Shown piece by piece: positions 35,810-44,611 of a stretch of DNA of 44,891 nt (position 1 is the first letter of the stretch; each line of letters begins with the position of its first letter). The translations under genes and the position numbers were made by a program. Under the pieces are notes generated by a model. It did no database searches and had not been told where the DNA came from. It was given only the letters and a program-made list of their open reading frames with translations. The stretch comes from a virus. Location: the UHGV virus genome UHGV-0435695; one strand, 5' to 3'.

Positions 35810-36694
35810 TTAATTGTCAGAAACAAACCCATCCTCAAAAAGGTTCATCTGTCCCTCTATATTCTTGTCCTCCATCCACCAGGAAAATACCTCTTTCCCA
35901 CTCTTCCGTACTATATTTTTCCCTCGTCTTTTTAGTTCTTCGAGCATTTTATCGAACGCTAAAATATATGCCTTTTTATATGTCGGAAAATCAGCAAATT
36001 CTTTCCATCTGTATTTACCTGCCATAGGGCAACCAATGCAACCGACTCGATCATAGCCGCATTCATATAACGCATTGGTGACAATATGTTCCGACTGTAT
36101 GTAATCCCATACGTCTCTGTGAGTCCAGTCAATAATGGGGTTTACAACCATTTTTCCTTTTAGGTCGCACTGCTCAATAAGTTTCCTCTTGGTGTCATTA
36201 TCATTCATCAGCATAATTTCATCCGTTGCGTGGAGTCTTATACTTGGTGCTGATATACTCCCCCATTCTCTTCGCTTTGTGCTTTCATCCCATCGAACAC
36301 CTGTCGAAATGAATCTTTCTTTCCCATATGTTTCTTTCAGGACAGAACAGCAATATCTCACCAGCCTGGTGGGCGGCATGAGCTTTCTTGGAATTAAATT
36401 CCACATCGTGGTCCTGCTTCCATTTGGCTGTATATGATAATCAATGCTGCACTTAATTCCCTGCAATTCCAATTCTGCAAATACCTCTCGTATATGCTTT
36501 ACTGTTGGTGGTGCATCTACAGTAGTGTGGCTATTGGCAATTTCAAATGGTACTCCTGATCGTCTGAATAATCTTAACATTACATCGCTATCTTTACCCC
36601 CGCTGTATGTACATACCAATGGCTTCCCATAATGATGCAGGGACATTTCTGATGCCATCTTAATTCGTTCTATTGCCTTTTTTTCTAAGTCCAT
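35810..36694 (-). CDS. Phosphoadenosine phosphosulfate reductase family protein (phage PAPS-reductase-like ATP pyrophosphatase)
   Basis: PP-loop SGGKDS, plus C-terminal Cys clusters CGYDRVGCIGCPM. Confidence 0.7.
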   Translation of the reverse strand: MDLEKKAIERIKMASEMSLHHYGKPLVCTYSGGKDSDVMLRLFRRSGVPFEIANSHTTVDAPPTVKHIREVFAELELQGIKCSIDYHIQPNGSRTTMWNLIPRKLMPPTRLVRYCCSVLKETYGKERFISTGVRWDESTKRREWGSISAPSIRLHATDEIMLMNDNDTKRKLIEQCDLKGKMVVNPIIDWTHRDVWDYIQSEHIVTNALYECGYDRVGCIGCPMAGKYRWKEFADFPTYKKAYILAFDKMLEELKRRGKNIVRKSGKEVFSWWMEDKNIEGQMNLFEDGFVSDN

Positions 36695-36771
36695 TTTTCA
36701 AAAAGGAGCCAGGATATCCTGTCACGGTGGCCACCGCTCCGGCCTCCCTTCTTAATCACTCAAATTTCGAT

Positions 36772-37170
36772 TTAGATGAATATTGCATTTCCTACCTTTC
36801 CATATACAAAACCAGCATCCAGCATTTCTTTCCATTGTTCTTTACTGACTTTTATATCAGCAAAAACCGTATAGTTACTTTCACACCATTCACAAAGCTC
36901 GTCCAGTGTTTCAAAAACCGGGCTTACTGGACTACCTTCTGTTGTAGTTTCCCAAAGCTGAAAACCATCTCCTTTTGGCGGGCCTGTATACAGTTCAAAA
37001 TCCGGGCAACCATACTCTGTAAAACCAATCCCTTTCAAAGTTGCAAAACGCTTACAATTCTCGCATCCTCCCGCACTATTATCATGGCAATAGCTGCAAT
37101 AATACCCATACCATATTGTATTAAGAGGCCAATCAAAATTTAATGGCACTCGTTTTAATTCTCTTCCCAT
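36772..37170 (-). CDS. Hypothetical Cys-rich protein
   Basis: Start MGRELKRVPLNFDWPL; contains CSYCHDN and CENCKR. Confidence 0.45.
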   Translation of the reverse strand: MGRELKRVPLNFDWPLNTIWYGYYCSYCHDNSAGGCENCKRFATLKGIGFTEYGCPDFELYTGPPKGDGFQLWETTTEGSPVSPVFETLDELCEWCESNYTVFADIKVSKEQWKEMLDAGFVYGKVGNAIFI

Positions 37171-37333
37171 GTTTCTCCTTCCTCTTCCACTATGAGCGGA
37201 CACCATTCCGGCCTTACACGAAACACATTTGGTATGTCTTTGTGTTCTTTGGCCTTACATTGCTTATCAATGGAGCAGCATGGGCAATCATAGCAGCTAT
37301 CTGGCATATTTTCTATTTCTAACATTGCCTTCA
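37154..37333 (-). CDS. Small Cys-rich zinc-binding protein
   Basis: The 59-aa product is MKAMLEIENMPDSCYDCPCCS...RPEWCPL, with a GGAGGAGG RBS. Confidence 0.45.
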
Positions 37334-37534
37334 TCCCTCTGCCTCCTCCGCTAAATTTGTGTTTGCCTTACTAGGCCGTCTACAGCAAATTGGACACGCC
37401 TCCGTCCTATCATAAGCGGGTCTTAAAAATGCTTTTGTCATAGGGGATGGATTACGCTCCATATCCTTGATGGCAGCCATTCTCTGACGCTCTGAGTTTT
37501 CCAAATATTGGCTCTTTATTTTATTGTCCGGCAT
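37331..37534 (-). CDS. Hypothetical small protein
   Basis: ORF. Confidence 0.35.
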   Translation of the reverse strand: MPDNKIKSQYLENSERQRMAAIKDMERNPSPMTKAFLRPAYDRTEACPICCRRPSKANTNLAEEAEG

Positions 37535-37784
37535 TTTGCTTTCCCCTTTCTGTGATGTTATCTTGCGTATCCGTATAATGCATCCCTGGAATTGTTATAG
37601 TTCTAGGGCATTCTTCTGTGTAATTAATCAGGCCAATGTCCCTCATATCACGCAAATACCCCCAAATTGTAGAGCTTGACGTATATCCAACGCCCTCTCC
37701 TATTTCCCTGGTTGTGGGTGGATAATCATGCTCCAGCATATATTGCTTTGCAAACATCAGTATTTTTTTATGTATTTCCTTCAT
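37521..37784 (-). CDS. LexA-like winged-helix DNA-binding domain protein
   Basis: KKILMFAKQYMLEHDYPPTTREIGEGVGYTSSSTIWGYLRDMRDIGLI matches the LexA N-terminal domain pattern. Confidence 0.55.
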   Translation of the reverse strand: MKEIHKKILMFAKQYMLEHDYPPTTREIGEGVGYTSSSTIWGYLRDMRDIGLINYTEECPRTITIPGMHYTDTQDNITERGKQNAGQ

Positions 37785-38427
37785 CCTGTTTCTCCCCTAC
37801 CCAGTCCTGTACCTGTTTTAGCATCAATGCATCATAATCGGTGCCTCGTTGGTCAAAATTGTGAAACTGGTTTTTACTGCCTTTGGCGGTCAATTCCTGC
37901 CGCTGGCTTCTCACCCAGGTTCTTACCGAGGCTTTCCAGTCCTTCATTTTGTTTTTTCCAACCATCCATCCCTTTGATGCATAAAAATCAACAAAACTCT
38001 CTGGGTCAATGCCATATCCATTCAAAGTGCAATAATCGGACACATCCGACACCGAAGGTGGAGTAAATGTTTTTTTATTATTATCCTTTACATTATCCTT
38101 TTCCTTTACATTATCCTTTTCATTAGGTTTTGCTTTGGTTATGGTTTGGTTATCACTTGGTTTATTATAATTGGATTCTAGGTTATTGTTTGGTTCTGTT
38201 TTGGTTACTGGTCTACCACCCTTGGTTCCGTTTTGGTATCTACGATTATTCGCATCAATTTGTGGTTTTGCCATTAAAAACATTGCCGATGAAACACCTG
38301 CTGATTTAGGTTCTATTTCATCAAGTCCATATTCTAAGATTGCTGTAAGAGATTCCAATCTTTCTTTTTCCGGCAGCTGCTTAATGGCTTCCCAGAAGCT
38401 GCGATAAAATACAACACTATCTCTCAT
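37768..38427 (-). CDS. Phage replisome organizer / DnaD-like replication protein, with an internal low-complexity linker
   Basis: Conserved N-terminus FYRSFWEAIKQLPEKERLE, C-terminus DFYASKGWMVGKNKMKDWKASVRTWV, and a KEKDNVKEKDNV repeat in the middle. Confidence 0.55.
   Translation of the reverse strand: MRDSVVFYRSFWEAIKQLPEKERLESLTAILEYGLDEIEPKSAGVSSAMFLMAKPQIDANNRRYQNGTKGGRPVTKTEPNNNLESNYNKPSDNQTITKAKPNEKDNVKEKDNVKDNNKKTFTPPSVSDVSDYCTLNGYGIDPESFVDFYASKGWMVGKNKMKDWKASVRTWVRSQRQELTAKGSKNQFHNFDQRGTDYDALMLKQVQDWVGEKQDEGNT
38085..38120. repeat. Perfect 18-bp tandem duplication (cctttacattatcctttt, 2 copies) inside the replisome organizer gene, followed by TGGTT(A/T) repeats up to about 38230; putative ori iterons
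   Basis: Read directly. Confidence 0.5.
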
Positions 38428-38807
38428 AATCCAGTACCAAACATACTCAGTTGTCCAGGGATTTCGGTATTCTTTCTTTTGTTCTTCTTATTTCGTCCTA
38501 AAAATAGCTGTGCGCCACGTTCTGCCGCCTTTATGCTCTCTATCCGGCTATTCTGGCTTTCCAGCCATTTATAGGCTTCTTGCCGTCCCTGTGCATCGTC
38601 ACGGGGTACATAGTAACCTTTGCCTGTTGGCAAGGCAAGAATCACTTTATTATACCTTAACATCTCTACCGCGGTTCTTACATCTCTGTCCTTTTCTCCT
38701 GTCTTGGATACTAATTCATCCCGGTTCAATGCATTCTCTTTTCCTACAAGGAGCGCATTATATACTCTTGCTTTAACTTCTTCACTAACAGTTCGCTTAT
38801 TCTTCAA
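38424..38807 (-). CDS. Hypothetical protein, possibly replication-associated
   Basis: ORF with a GAAAGGAGGG RBS, preceded by a palindrome. Confidence 0.45.
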   Translation of the reverse strand: MKNKRTVSEEVKARVYNALLVGKENALNRDELVSKTGEKDRDVRTAVEMLRYNKVILALPTGKGYYVPRDDAQGRQEAYKWLESQNSRIESIKAAERGAQLFLGRNKKNKRKNTEIPGQLSMFGTGL

Positions 38808-38951
38808 ATAATCCCTCCTTTCGGGACGGGTAAAGGAGGTTTGATAGGTCCCGTCCCAGGGTCAGAAAGTATGTCGTGACATATTAGCAATCTGACCAGT
38901 AATCATTACCGTTGTATGTATCATCCCGCAAGGGGAATAGATACCAAAATG

Positions 38952-39155
38952 TCAGTTTTGTAGAATAAGTAAGTTAATCTCTGCGATTGTCAGTTCGTTC
39001 CTTGCAATCTGTAATGCCTGCAAATCGGTAAGTCCGTACTTATCCCTAAATGGTATCACCAAGTCACACATTGCCTTTTTAGATAACCGTTTTTCATCAA
39101 TTAAAACCTGATAATTCGTCTGCAAATCTCCAATATCATTTATAACCTTATTCAT
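38952..39155 (-). CDS. Hypothetical small protein
   Basis: ORF. Confidence 0.4.
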   Translation of the reverse strand: MNKVINDIGDLQTNYQVLIDEKRLSKKAMCDLVIPFRDKYGLTDLQALQIARNELTIAEINLLILQN

Positions 39156-39182
39156 TGCTTTTCCTCCAAATTTTAATTCTTC

Positions 39183-39347
39183 TGCTCACGAACTAACCGT
39201 TCGCACTCTTCTGTTGATAATTTACAAGCACATCCCTGACAACTTTTCCTTGTCACTGCACATCTATAAGCTTCGTCATATTCGTTTCCATTGCGAAATG
39301 GAATAACATCGACATAAGGACAATTATAAAAATCCATAGTTTACTCC
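39183..39347 (-). CDS. Small Cys-rich protein
   Basis: The 54-aa product is MDFYNCPYVDVIPF...CQGCACKLSTEECERL, with an AAAAGGAG RBS. Confidence 0.45.
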
Positions 39348-39374
39348 TTTTAAAAATCTTAATATTACTGATTA

Positions 39375-40001
39375 TCAGTTATCAAACTTGATTCCGTACA
39401 CCTTATATCTGTCCTCAAACGCTGTCATACCAATGCTATGCGCTTCTGTATGGTGCTGCCGGCATAAGCATATTTTCCGGTACTCCGAATCATCAACTTT
39501 CATTCGGTCATTGCCCATTCCGATAGTATCTACATGGTGTATCTCCCCATCCCGGCCACATATGGCACACTTCCGTAGCTTTAAACATGCATATAGGTAA
39601 TGTCCTATATCATCGGTACGGTTAAGGGCAAAATCCAGCAGCGGTATCCCCTGTTCCAGCGCATAATCCAGCATGGTATTGATAAATTCCCTGGCCGTAT
39701 CCATAGAGCAATCAGACAGTGAAAAATATCCGCATCCGGTCCGGTTGATATGTAAATACTTAAGCCATTCTTTCTCAACCTCCGGCACGTTCCCAGAATA
39801 GGCAGATATGTCATTGACTGTGGCGTAAATCTTTCGGCGCTGGTCGGAACTGATATGCCTACCATCGTCAAGCCATACGCTGCATCTATTCATGTGCTTA
39901 TCAACGATTGGTTCCATAAGATTTTTTCCAGGAATAAATATCTTTAGATACGTTCCCTCTGGAACAAGCTTGTATGCTATTATGTCTGCTGCCTCATGCA
40001 T
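39375..40001 (-). CDS. HNH-motif phage protein (DUF968 / NinG-like)
   Basis: Contains CAICGRDGEIHHV...CLCRQHHTEAH. Start MHEAADII, with an AAGAGGTAA RBS. Confidence 0.5.
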   Translation of the reverse strand: MHEAADIIAYKLVPEGTYLKIFIPGKNLMEPIVDKHMNRCSVWLDDGRHISSDQRRKIYATVNDISAYSGNVPEVEKEWLKYLHINRTGCGYFSLSDCSMDTAREFINTMLDYALEQGIPLLDFALNRTDDIGHYLYACLKLRKCAICGRDGEIHHVDTIGMGNDRMKVDDSEYRKICLCRQHHTEAHSIGMTAFEDRYKVYGIKFDN

Positions 40002-40005
40002 ATAA

Positions 40006-40809
40006 TTACCTCTTGGGGTCATTCCACGGTAGGCCACCATCCTGTATGTCATCCGGTGGCGTGGTCGCCCTTTCCTTGTCCGGTTTCTTGTTAAAGATTT
40101 CCATAGCATCCCTAAACTGGTCCATTGTCATGTCATGGATATCTGACAGGTTATATGCAGTAAGAATCTGATTCAAACCTATTCCGGTACGCTTGAGTTC
40201 CACAAAAATCGTATTAATGTGTACTTCTGTCACGCAATCCTTTTGTGGTTCCACTGGCTGATTCTCAGACTCGCCCAGTTTATACACCACCTTTTTGCTC
40301 TTGCAACTCTTGATTTCAAGCGCATTAATGTTGCGGTTATCATCATATCCGATATGTGATACATAAAATCGGTCGTAGCAACTATATTTTACCTTGCCGT
40401 TGCGGTCTTTACCGTTCTCATAGATTTTACAGGCATCTTCTCCAATCCATATAAAAGGGGCAGTATATAGCTCACGTCCAATACCCCAGTTAAAACAAGC
40501 TCGCTTGAAGCTGTCAGAGGCAAGCCCTTTCTCCTTTTCTGTATTACTTTCCGCACCGGTATCTTCTTTATCAATCCATTGCTTCTTACCATCATCCCAT
40601 ATGGATACGATGCAGTTTGCGTTATCCCTGCAATGTCTCCGCTGCCATCCCATTGGGCCTACAGTCTCGTCAAGTATATTCTGGTCCACTCTGGCATCCT
40701 TGTACAACAACAGAGATAAGCCATTTTGGGATACCGTTGCAATGCGGCAGTCTATCTCATCCTTTTTAAGCAGCCGAAATTCAAACTTCGCATTCCCCAT
40801 CCATTCCAC
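40006..40809 (-). CDS. Rad52/Rad22-family single-strand annealing protein (Sak-like)
   Basis: Contains WQRRHCRD and SDSFKRACFNWGIGRELY motifs. Confidence 0.55.
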   Translation of the reverse strand: MEWMGNAKFEFRLLKKDEIDCRIATVSQNGLSLLLYKDARVDQNILDETVGPMGWQRRHCRDNANCIVSIWDDGKKQWIDKEDTGAESNTEKEKGLASDSFKRACFNWGIGRELYTAPFIWIGEDACKIYENGKDRNGKVKYSCYDRFYVSHIGYDDNRNINALEIKSCKSKKVVYKLGESENQPVEPQKDCVTEVHINTIFVELKRTGIGLNQILTAYNLSDIHDMTMDQFRDAMEIFNKKPDKERATTPPDDIQDGGLPWNDPKR

Positions 40810-41380
40810 ACTCCTTTTCAGTCACCCGGCTGGCCCACATGTCAGCCATATGTAAAAGCAGGTACAATGGTGTCTCCTTACCCTGTATCTGATATTTAAA
40901 GTTGCCGTACATACCATTGTGCATCAGTATTGCCCAGTTCTCATCCTCTGTCAGATTAATGTGACGGCCTGCAATCTGTATGGAACGTACTTCATGGTCA
41001 ATGTACAGAAGTTCTGGATTTCCGATATAAGGTTTCGTGGGGGACTGATATGGTTCTGCATTCTTACAGCGCCCCTTGAGCATGTTGATAATATAGTTCG
41101 GTTTCCCAAACTGTCCAGCCTTACCAAGGTCATGAAGCAATGCACATATGATGACACTGCTCTTATCTACTTCTGGATGCAGGATGCTGGAAAGCTTGTC
41201 CATCAGTTCATATACATTCAGGCTGTGTTCAGCCAGTCCTCCAGAGTAGGCCAGATGGTACTGTGTGCTGCATGGCGCTGTATAAAATCCCATCTCATCC
41301 ATTTCCACCAGCAGTCCAGCAATGCCCTGTCTGCCAGTTGATAATAATAATTCCTCGGTTCTATTCTTAATGTTCTCCAT
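40781..41380 (-). CDS. HD-domain phosphohydrolase
   Basis: HSLNV and ALLHDLGK are the H...HD signature. Confidence 0.65.
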   Translation of the reverse strand: MENIKNRTEELLLSTGRQGIAGLLVEMDEMGFYTAPCSTQYHLAYSGGLAEHSLNVYELMDKLSSILHPEVDKSSVIICALLHDLGKAGQFGKPNYIINMLKGRCKNAEPYQSPTKPYIGNPELLYIDHEVRSIQIAGRHINLTEDENWAILMHNGMYGNFKYQIQGKETPLYLLLHMADMWASRVTEKECGMDGECEV

Positions 41381-41402
41381 ACAAATATCCTCCCTTTAAA
41401 TT

Positions 41403-41558
41403 TAATTAATATTGAAACCCATTCATTGAGTGGATGGAATCCTGCAAAGACCTCCTACAATCCCTGCGCTCTGTTTCCCGTTTCTGGCACTCATCACATA
41501 TATGCCCTTCTCCTGGGTCAAGATAACAGCCGCAAAAATCACAACGATAATTATTCAT
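41403..41558 (-). CDS. Small C4 zinc-ribbon protein
   Basis: The 51-aa product is MNNYRCDFCGCY...ICDECQKRE, with a GAGGG RBS. Confidence 0.4.
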
Positions 41559-41730
41559 CCTTTTTACCCTCTATATTCTCGTATGTTCTTCCTTCTAAAA
41601 TTGACCTCATCACAGCTATAGATGCATACTGGTCCGCATCTATAAAAATCAACGCTGACTTTACACGCCCTTTAAGCTCTATAAGATTTTTATATTCGCT
41701 AATATTTATTTCAACTGTTCTTTCTTCCAT
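41551..41730 (-). CDS. Hypothetical small protein
   Basis: Start MEERTVEINI, with a GGAGGT RBS. Confidence 0.45.
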   Translation of the reverse strand: MEERTVEINISEYKNLIELKGRVKSALIFIDADQYASIAVMRSILEGRTYENIEGKKDE

Positions 41731-42022
41731 CTTGCAAACCTCCATAATCTCTGATATAATCAGACTGAATTGTTTTTTGTATTCGGTCGTTTAGCTCTGT
41801 CAAGCTGACGACCTTTTTTATTGGCTTACCATATCCAGTGTACCGGCTGGCATTCACCATTGCTCCGGCCCGGTTGGTGCCATTCCGGCGGCGGCTCATA
41901 ATATCACCGCCAGACATATCACCAACAATCCGCTTAAGACCATCACCACAGCGGTTAAGCCACGAATAATCATACGGTCTTTCTGCCGTGGGCTTAAATG
42001 TGTTTTTCCAACAGGTATGTAT

Positions 42023-42268
42023 TCAAGCTGTTTCAACGAATTTCATCTCCTTCCTCGTCAACTCCAAAAGTATCTGTAGCTTTTCTATCGTCAGTTTACA
42101 CGGGTTAGCCTTTCGCTCTCTAAATGAGCTTGTACAAAACCCTAAGTACTGCGCTAATTCATCATCATCAAAGTTATTTCTTATTTTGGCTTCTTCTATC
42201 AGTAACCTAATGCTGTCCTTTTGCCACTCTGACGGCTTCTTAGTTTTCACGACCTCACTTCCTTTCAT
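42023..42268 (-). CDS. Hypothetical protein
   Basis: ORF. Confidence 0.45.
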   Translation of the reverse strand: MKGSEVVKTKKPSEWQKDSIRLLIEEAKIRNNFDDDELAQYLGFCTSSFRERKANPCKLTIEKLQILLELTRKEMKFVETA

Positions 42269-42385
42269 CTATACATTCCAAGATAAATTATCTTCTATTA
42301 TCTCTTTTACGTCCACACCAAGAGCATTTGCCATGCGTCCAGCACACACCGGGGTAACTTCCCGCATGTTTAAAATAATATTCAT
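42269..42385 (-). CDS. Tiny HTH-like protein
   Basis: The 38-aa product is MNIILNMREVTPVCAGRMANALGVDVKEIIEDNLSWNV, with a GGAGG RBS. Confidence 0.35.
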   Translation of the reverse strand: MNIILNMREVTPVCAGRMANALGVDVKEIIEDNLSWNV

Positions 42386-42547
42386 ACGCGACCTTACCTC
42401 CTATTTTTAAAATACTGATAAACCGCAGCTGCTATAACAGCTAACATCTCTCCTAAAATAGTGCAAATAACTCCTGCTAAAAATGGATTAATGTACATCG
42501 TTTATCTCCTCCTCTTCCTCTTGATTCCCCGGCTCTTGCCGTTCTTC

Positions 42548-42814
42548 TTAATCCTGGCTCTCTGTCCCATTCTCTAAATCTCCTTGTGTTCCTGTGTTGA
42601 TGTTGTTCAGCCCAGTGCCATCCTGGGAAACATAATCATATGTGCCGGCAGTATAAAGCCATGCAACATTAGTTCCTATCAGCGCTGCCAGTGTTACCAG
42701 GAATGCTATAAACCAATGCTTTGCATTCCTCTTGCTTTGCTCTATTACCTCTACAGCAAAATACTGTTCCAGCCCTTCCCATGTTGGCTTGTCCTTCTGG
42801 TTTTCAATGTTCAT
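42548..42814 (-). CDS. Hypothetical single-TM membrane protein, first gene of the early leftward operon
   Basis: Start MNIENQ, with an AAAGGTGG RBS. TM segment WFIAFLVTLAALIGTNVAWLY. Confidence 0.45.
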   Translation of the reverse strand: MNIENQKDKPTWEGLEQYFAVEVIEQSKRNAKHWFIAFLVTLAALIGTNVAWLYTAGTYDYVSQDGTGLNNINTGTQGDLENGTESQD

Positions 42815-42959
42815 AAATATAAACCACCTTTCTGCGAAAGGCACCGATGGGGTTATGAAACCCTGTCACTACTTTTCGCTTTTCAATTCTATTCCCCTTC
42901 TGATAAAATTTCTTTTATAAAACCGACACACTACAGAACACGTGGAGGTGAGTGGCGGG

Positions 42960-44530
42960 GCTGTATAGCGGCAACCTCGCATAAATATATGTCGTCGGTC
43001 ATCCGTTAAGGCATCAATGAATGGCGCATTCCGTAGCCCGTAAACTTATCTCTTCCAAAGTCGACTCGATTTTGCCGGATGACCAGTCCCTGTCGGTTTT
43101 ATCTCAATAAAATTCAGGAGGTTATTTTATTGTCTTTCAAAATTTTTCGTTTTAACTGCTGTGGACTTGATGTCCACAAAACCTGGATCTACGCTTGCAT
43201 TGGCATCACCGATTCAAACGGCAGAACCGATTACAAACAAGCTCGTTTCTCTTCCTTTTCCAAAGGATTGAAGGAACTGTGTGATTGGCTTGCAAAGTAT
43301 AACTGTTCTGAAGTCTGTATGGAATCTACCGGCAAGTATTGGATCCCTGTATTTAATGTTTTGGAAAAGGCAAATAATTCTGTGATTCTTGCTCATCCAA
43401 AATATACAAAACCTCAAAAAGGAAATAAGACCGACCGAAAGGATGCGAAATGGATTTGCGACTTGTTCATGTGTGAAATGATCAAACCTTCCTTTATTCC
43501 ACCCGCTGACATTCGTCATTTAAGGGATTTAGTAAGATACCGGTTCAAACTCACCTGTATGATTACCGGCGAAAAGAACCGTGCGCAAAACTGTCTTACT
43601 GTTTCTAATCTTAAATTAGATGATGTATTCAGTGACGTGTTTGGGAAATCTTCTCGTTCCATCACAGAATATATGCTCGCTCATCCAGGGGAAATATTTG
43701 ATGTGGCACCTTTTGTAGACAGTCGATGTAAAACACCTATGGAAGAAATCCAAGCCGCTGTTGACGGAGCTATTTCTCCTGAGCAGGCCATTAAACTTCG
43801 TCAGTGCCTCAATCATATCGACGAATTAGAAAAGCATCTGGAAGAAATAGAACGGGAAATCCTTCGTCTCTCTGATAAATACCAGGCCGCTCTTGATCTA
43901 ATTCGTACAGTTCCCGGATTTGATAAAAATCCAATGACTGCCATTCAAATCCTTTCTGAAATCGGAGGTGACATGTCTGTTTTCCCCTCAGCTAAGCACC
44001 TCGTTTCATGGGCAGGATGTTGTCCGCGCAATGACCAAAGCAACAAAAGAATCAAATCAACTCGAATTTCCCGTGCTGGTAATTATATTAAACCCATTCT
44101 GGTACAAGTTGCAAATGGTTTATTGCGTTCTAAGAAACATCCTGAAATAACCGGCCGCTATAAGCGTATTAAATCGCACCGTGGTCACAAGAAAGCCATT
44201 ATCGCAATCTGCCGTATGCTCCTGACCGCTATCTGGCACATACTTTCAGATTTAAAACCATATACAGCAGAAGGTTTTCTTGAATCACGTCCTGTGAATA
44301 AAGCAAAAGTGTTGACTACTTCACAGGCACTTAATCTACTAAAGCAGCGTGGATACACCATTAAAGATGATATCGTTCCTGCCATGAATTAGGTGTTGTG
44401 TCTATATTTTCTTTTTGAAGCCACCGTAAGATGGCTTGTTTGCCATACAATTTACTTTTTTCTAACCAATATTTCTTTGTTTCAAACTTTTTCCTCCTGT
44501 GCTTGCGTAATACAGGAGAAAATGGTAAAA
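42960..44530 (+). mobile_element. IS110-family insertion sequence; boundaries approximate because this family lacks clear terminal inverted repeats
   Basis: The transposase gene is flanked by 285 bp and 219 bp of non-coding sequence between a phage early gene and the heptad-repeat gene. Hairpins at 44421-44442 and 44492-44516. Confidence 0.45.
43130..44392 (+). CDS. IS110-family (DEDD) transposase
   Basis: N-terminal GLDVHKTWIYACI...MESTGKYWIPVFN motif and a C-terminal Transposase_20-like region. TTG start 8 nt after AGGAGG; the ORF-track start is 43079. Confidence 0.8.
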   Translation: MSFKIFRFNCCGLDVHKTWIYACIGITDSNGRTDYKQARFSSFSKGLKELCDWLAKYNCSEVCMESTGKYWIPVFNVLEKANNSVILAHPKYTKPQKGNKTDRKDAKWICDLFMCEMIKPSFIPPADIRHLRDLVRYRFKLTCMITGEKNRAQNCLTVSNLKLDDVFSDVFGKSSRSITEYMLAHPGEIFDVAPFVDSRCKTPMEEIQAAVDGAISPEQAIKLRQCLNHIDELEKHLEEIEREILRLSDKYQAALDLIRTVPGFDKNPMTAIQILSEIGGDMSVFPSAKHLVSWAGCCPRNDQSNKRIKSTRISRAGNYIKPILVQVANGLLRSKKHPEITGRYKRIKSHRGHKKAIIAICRMLLTAIWHILSDLKPYTAEGFLESRPVNKAKVLTTSQALNLLKQRGYTIKDDIVPAMN

Positions 44531-44611
44531 TATTCCTGTATCCGCATTATCGTGGTTAATGTGGTTACGGCTCCGGTTGGTGTTCCTGCACCGCCGGGGC
44601 ATTTTATGAAT

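Noticed and set aside
41917-42022. Possible 46-aa membrane peptide (TTG start) and a 34-aa peptide at 42394-42498
   Set aside because: They are very short, the first has no unambiguous start codon, and both may simply be leader or spacer sequence. The second has a strong GAGGAGGAG RBS, so it is noted but not claimed.
41988-42410. Plus-strand 140-aa ORF
   Set aside because: It is antisense to a series of minus-strand genes with good RBSs (42023-42268 and 42269-42385), and its product is low complexity.
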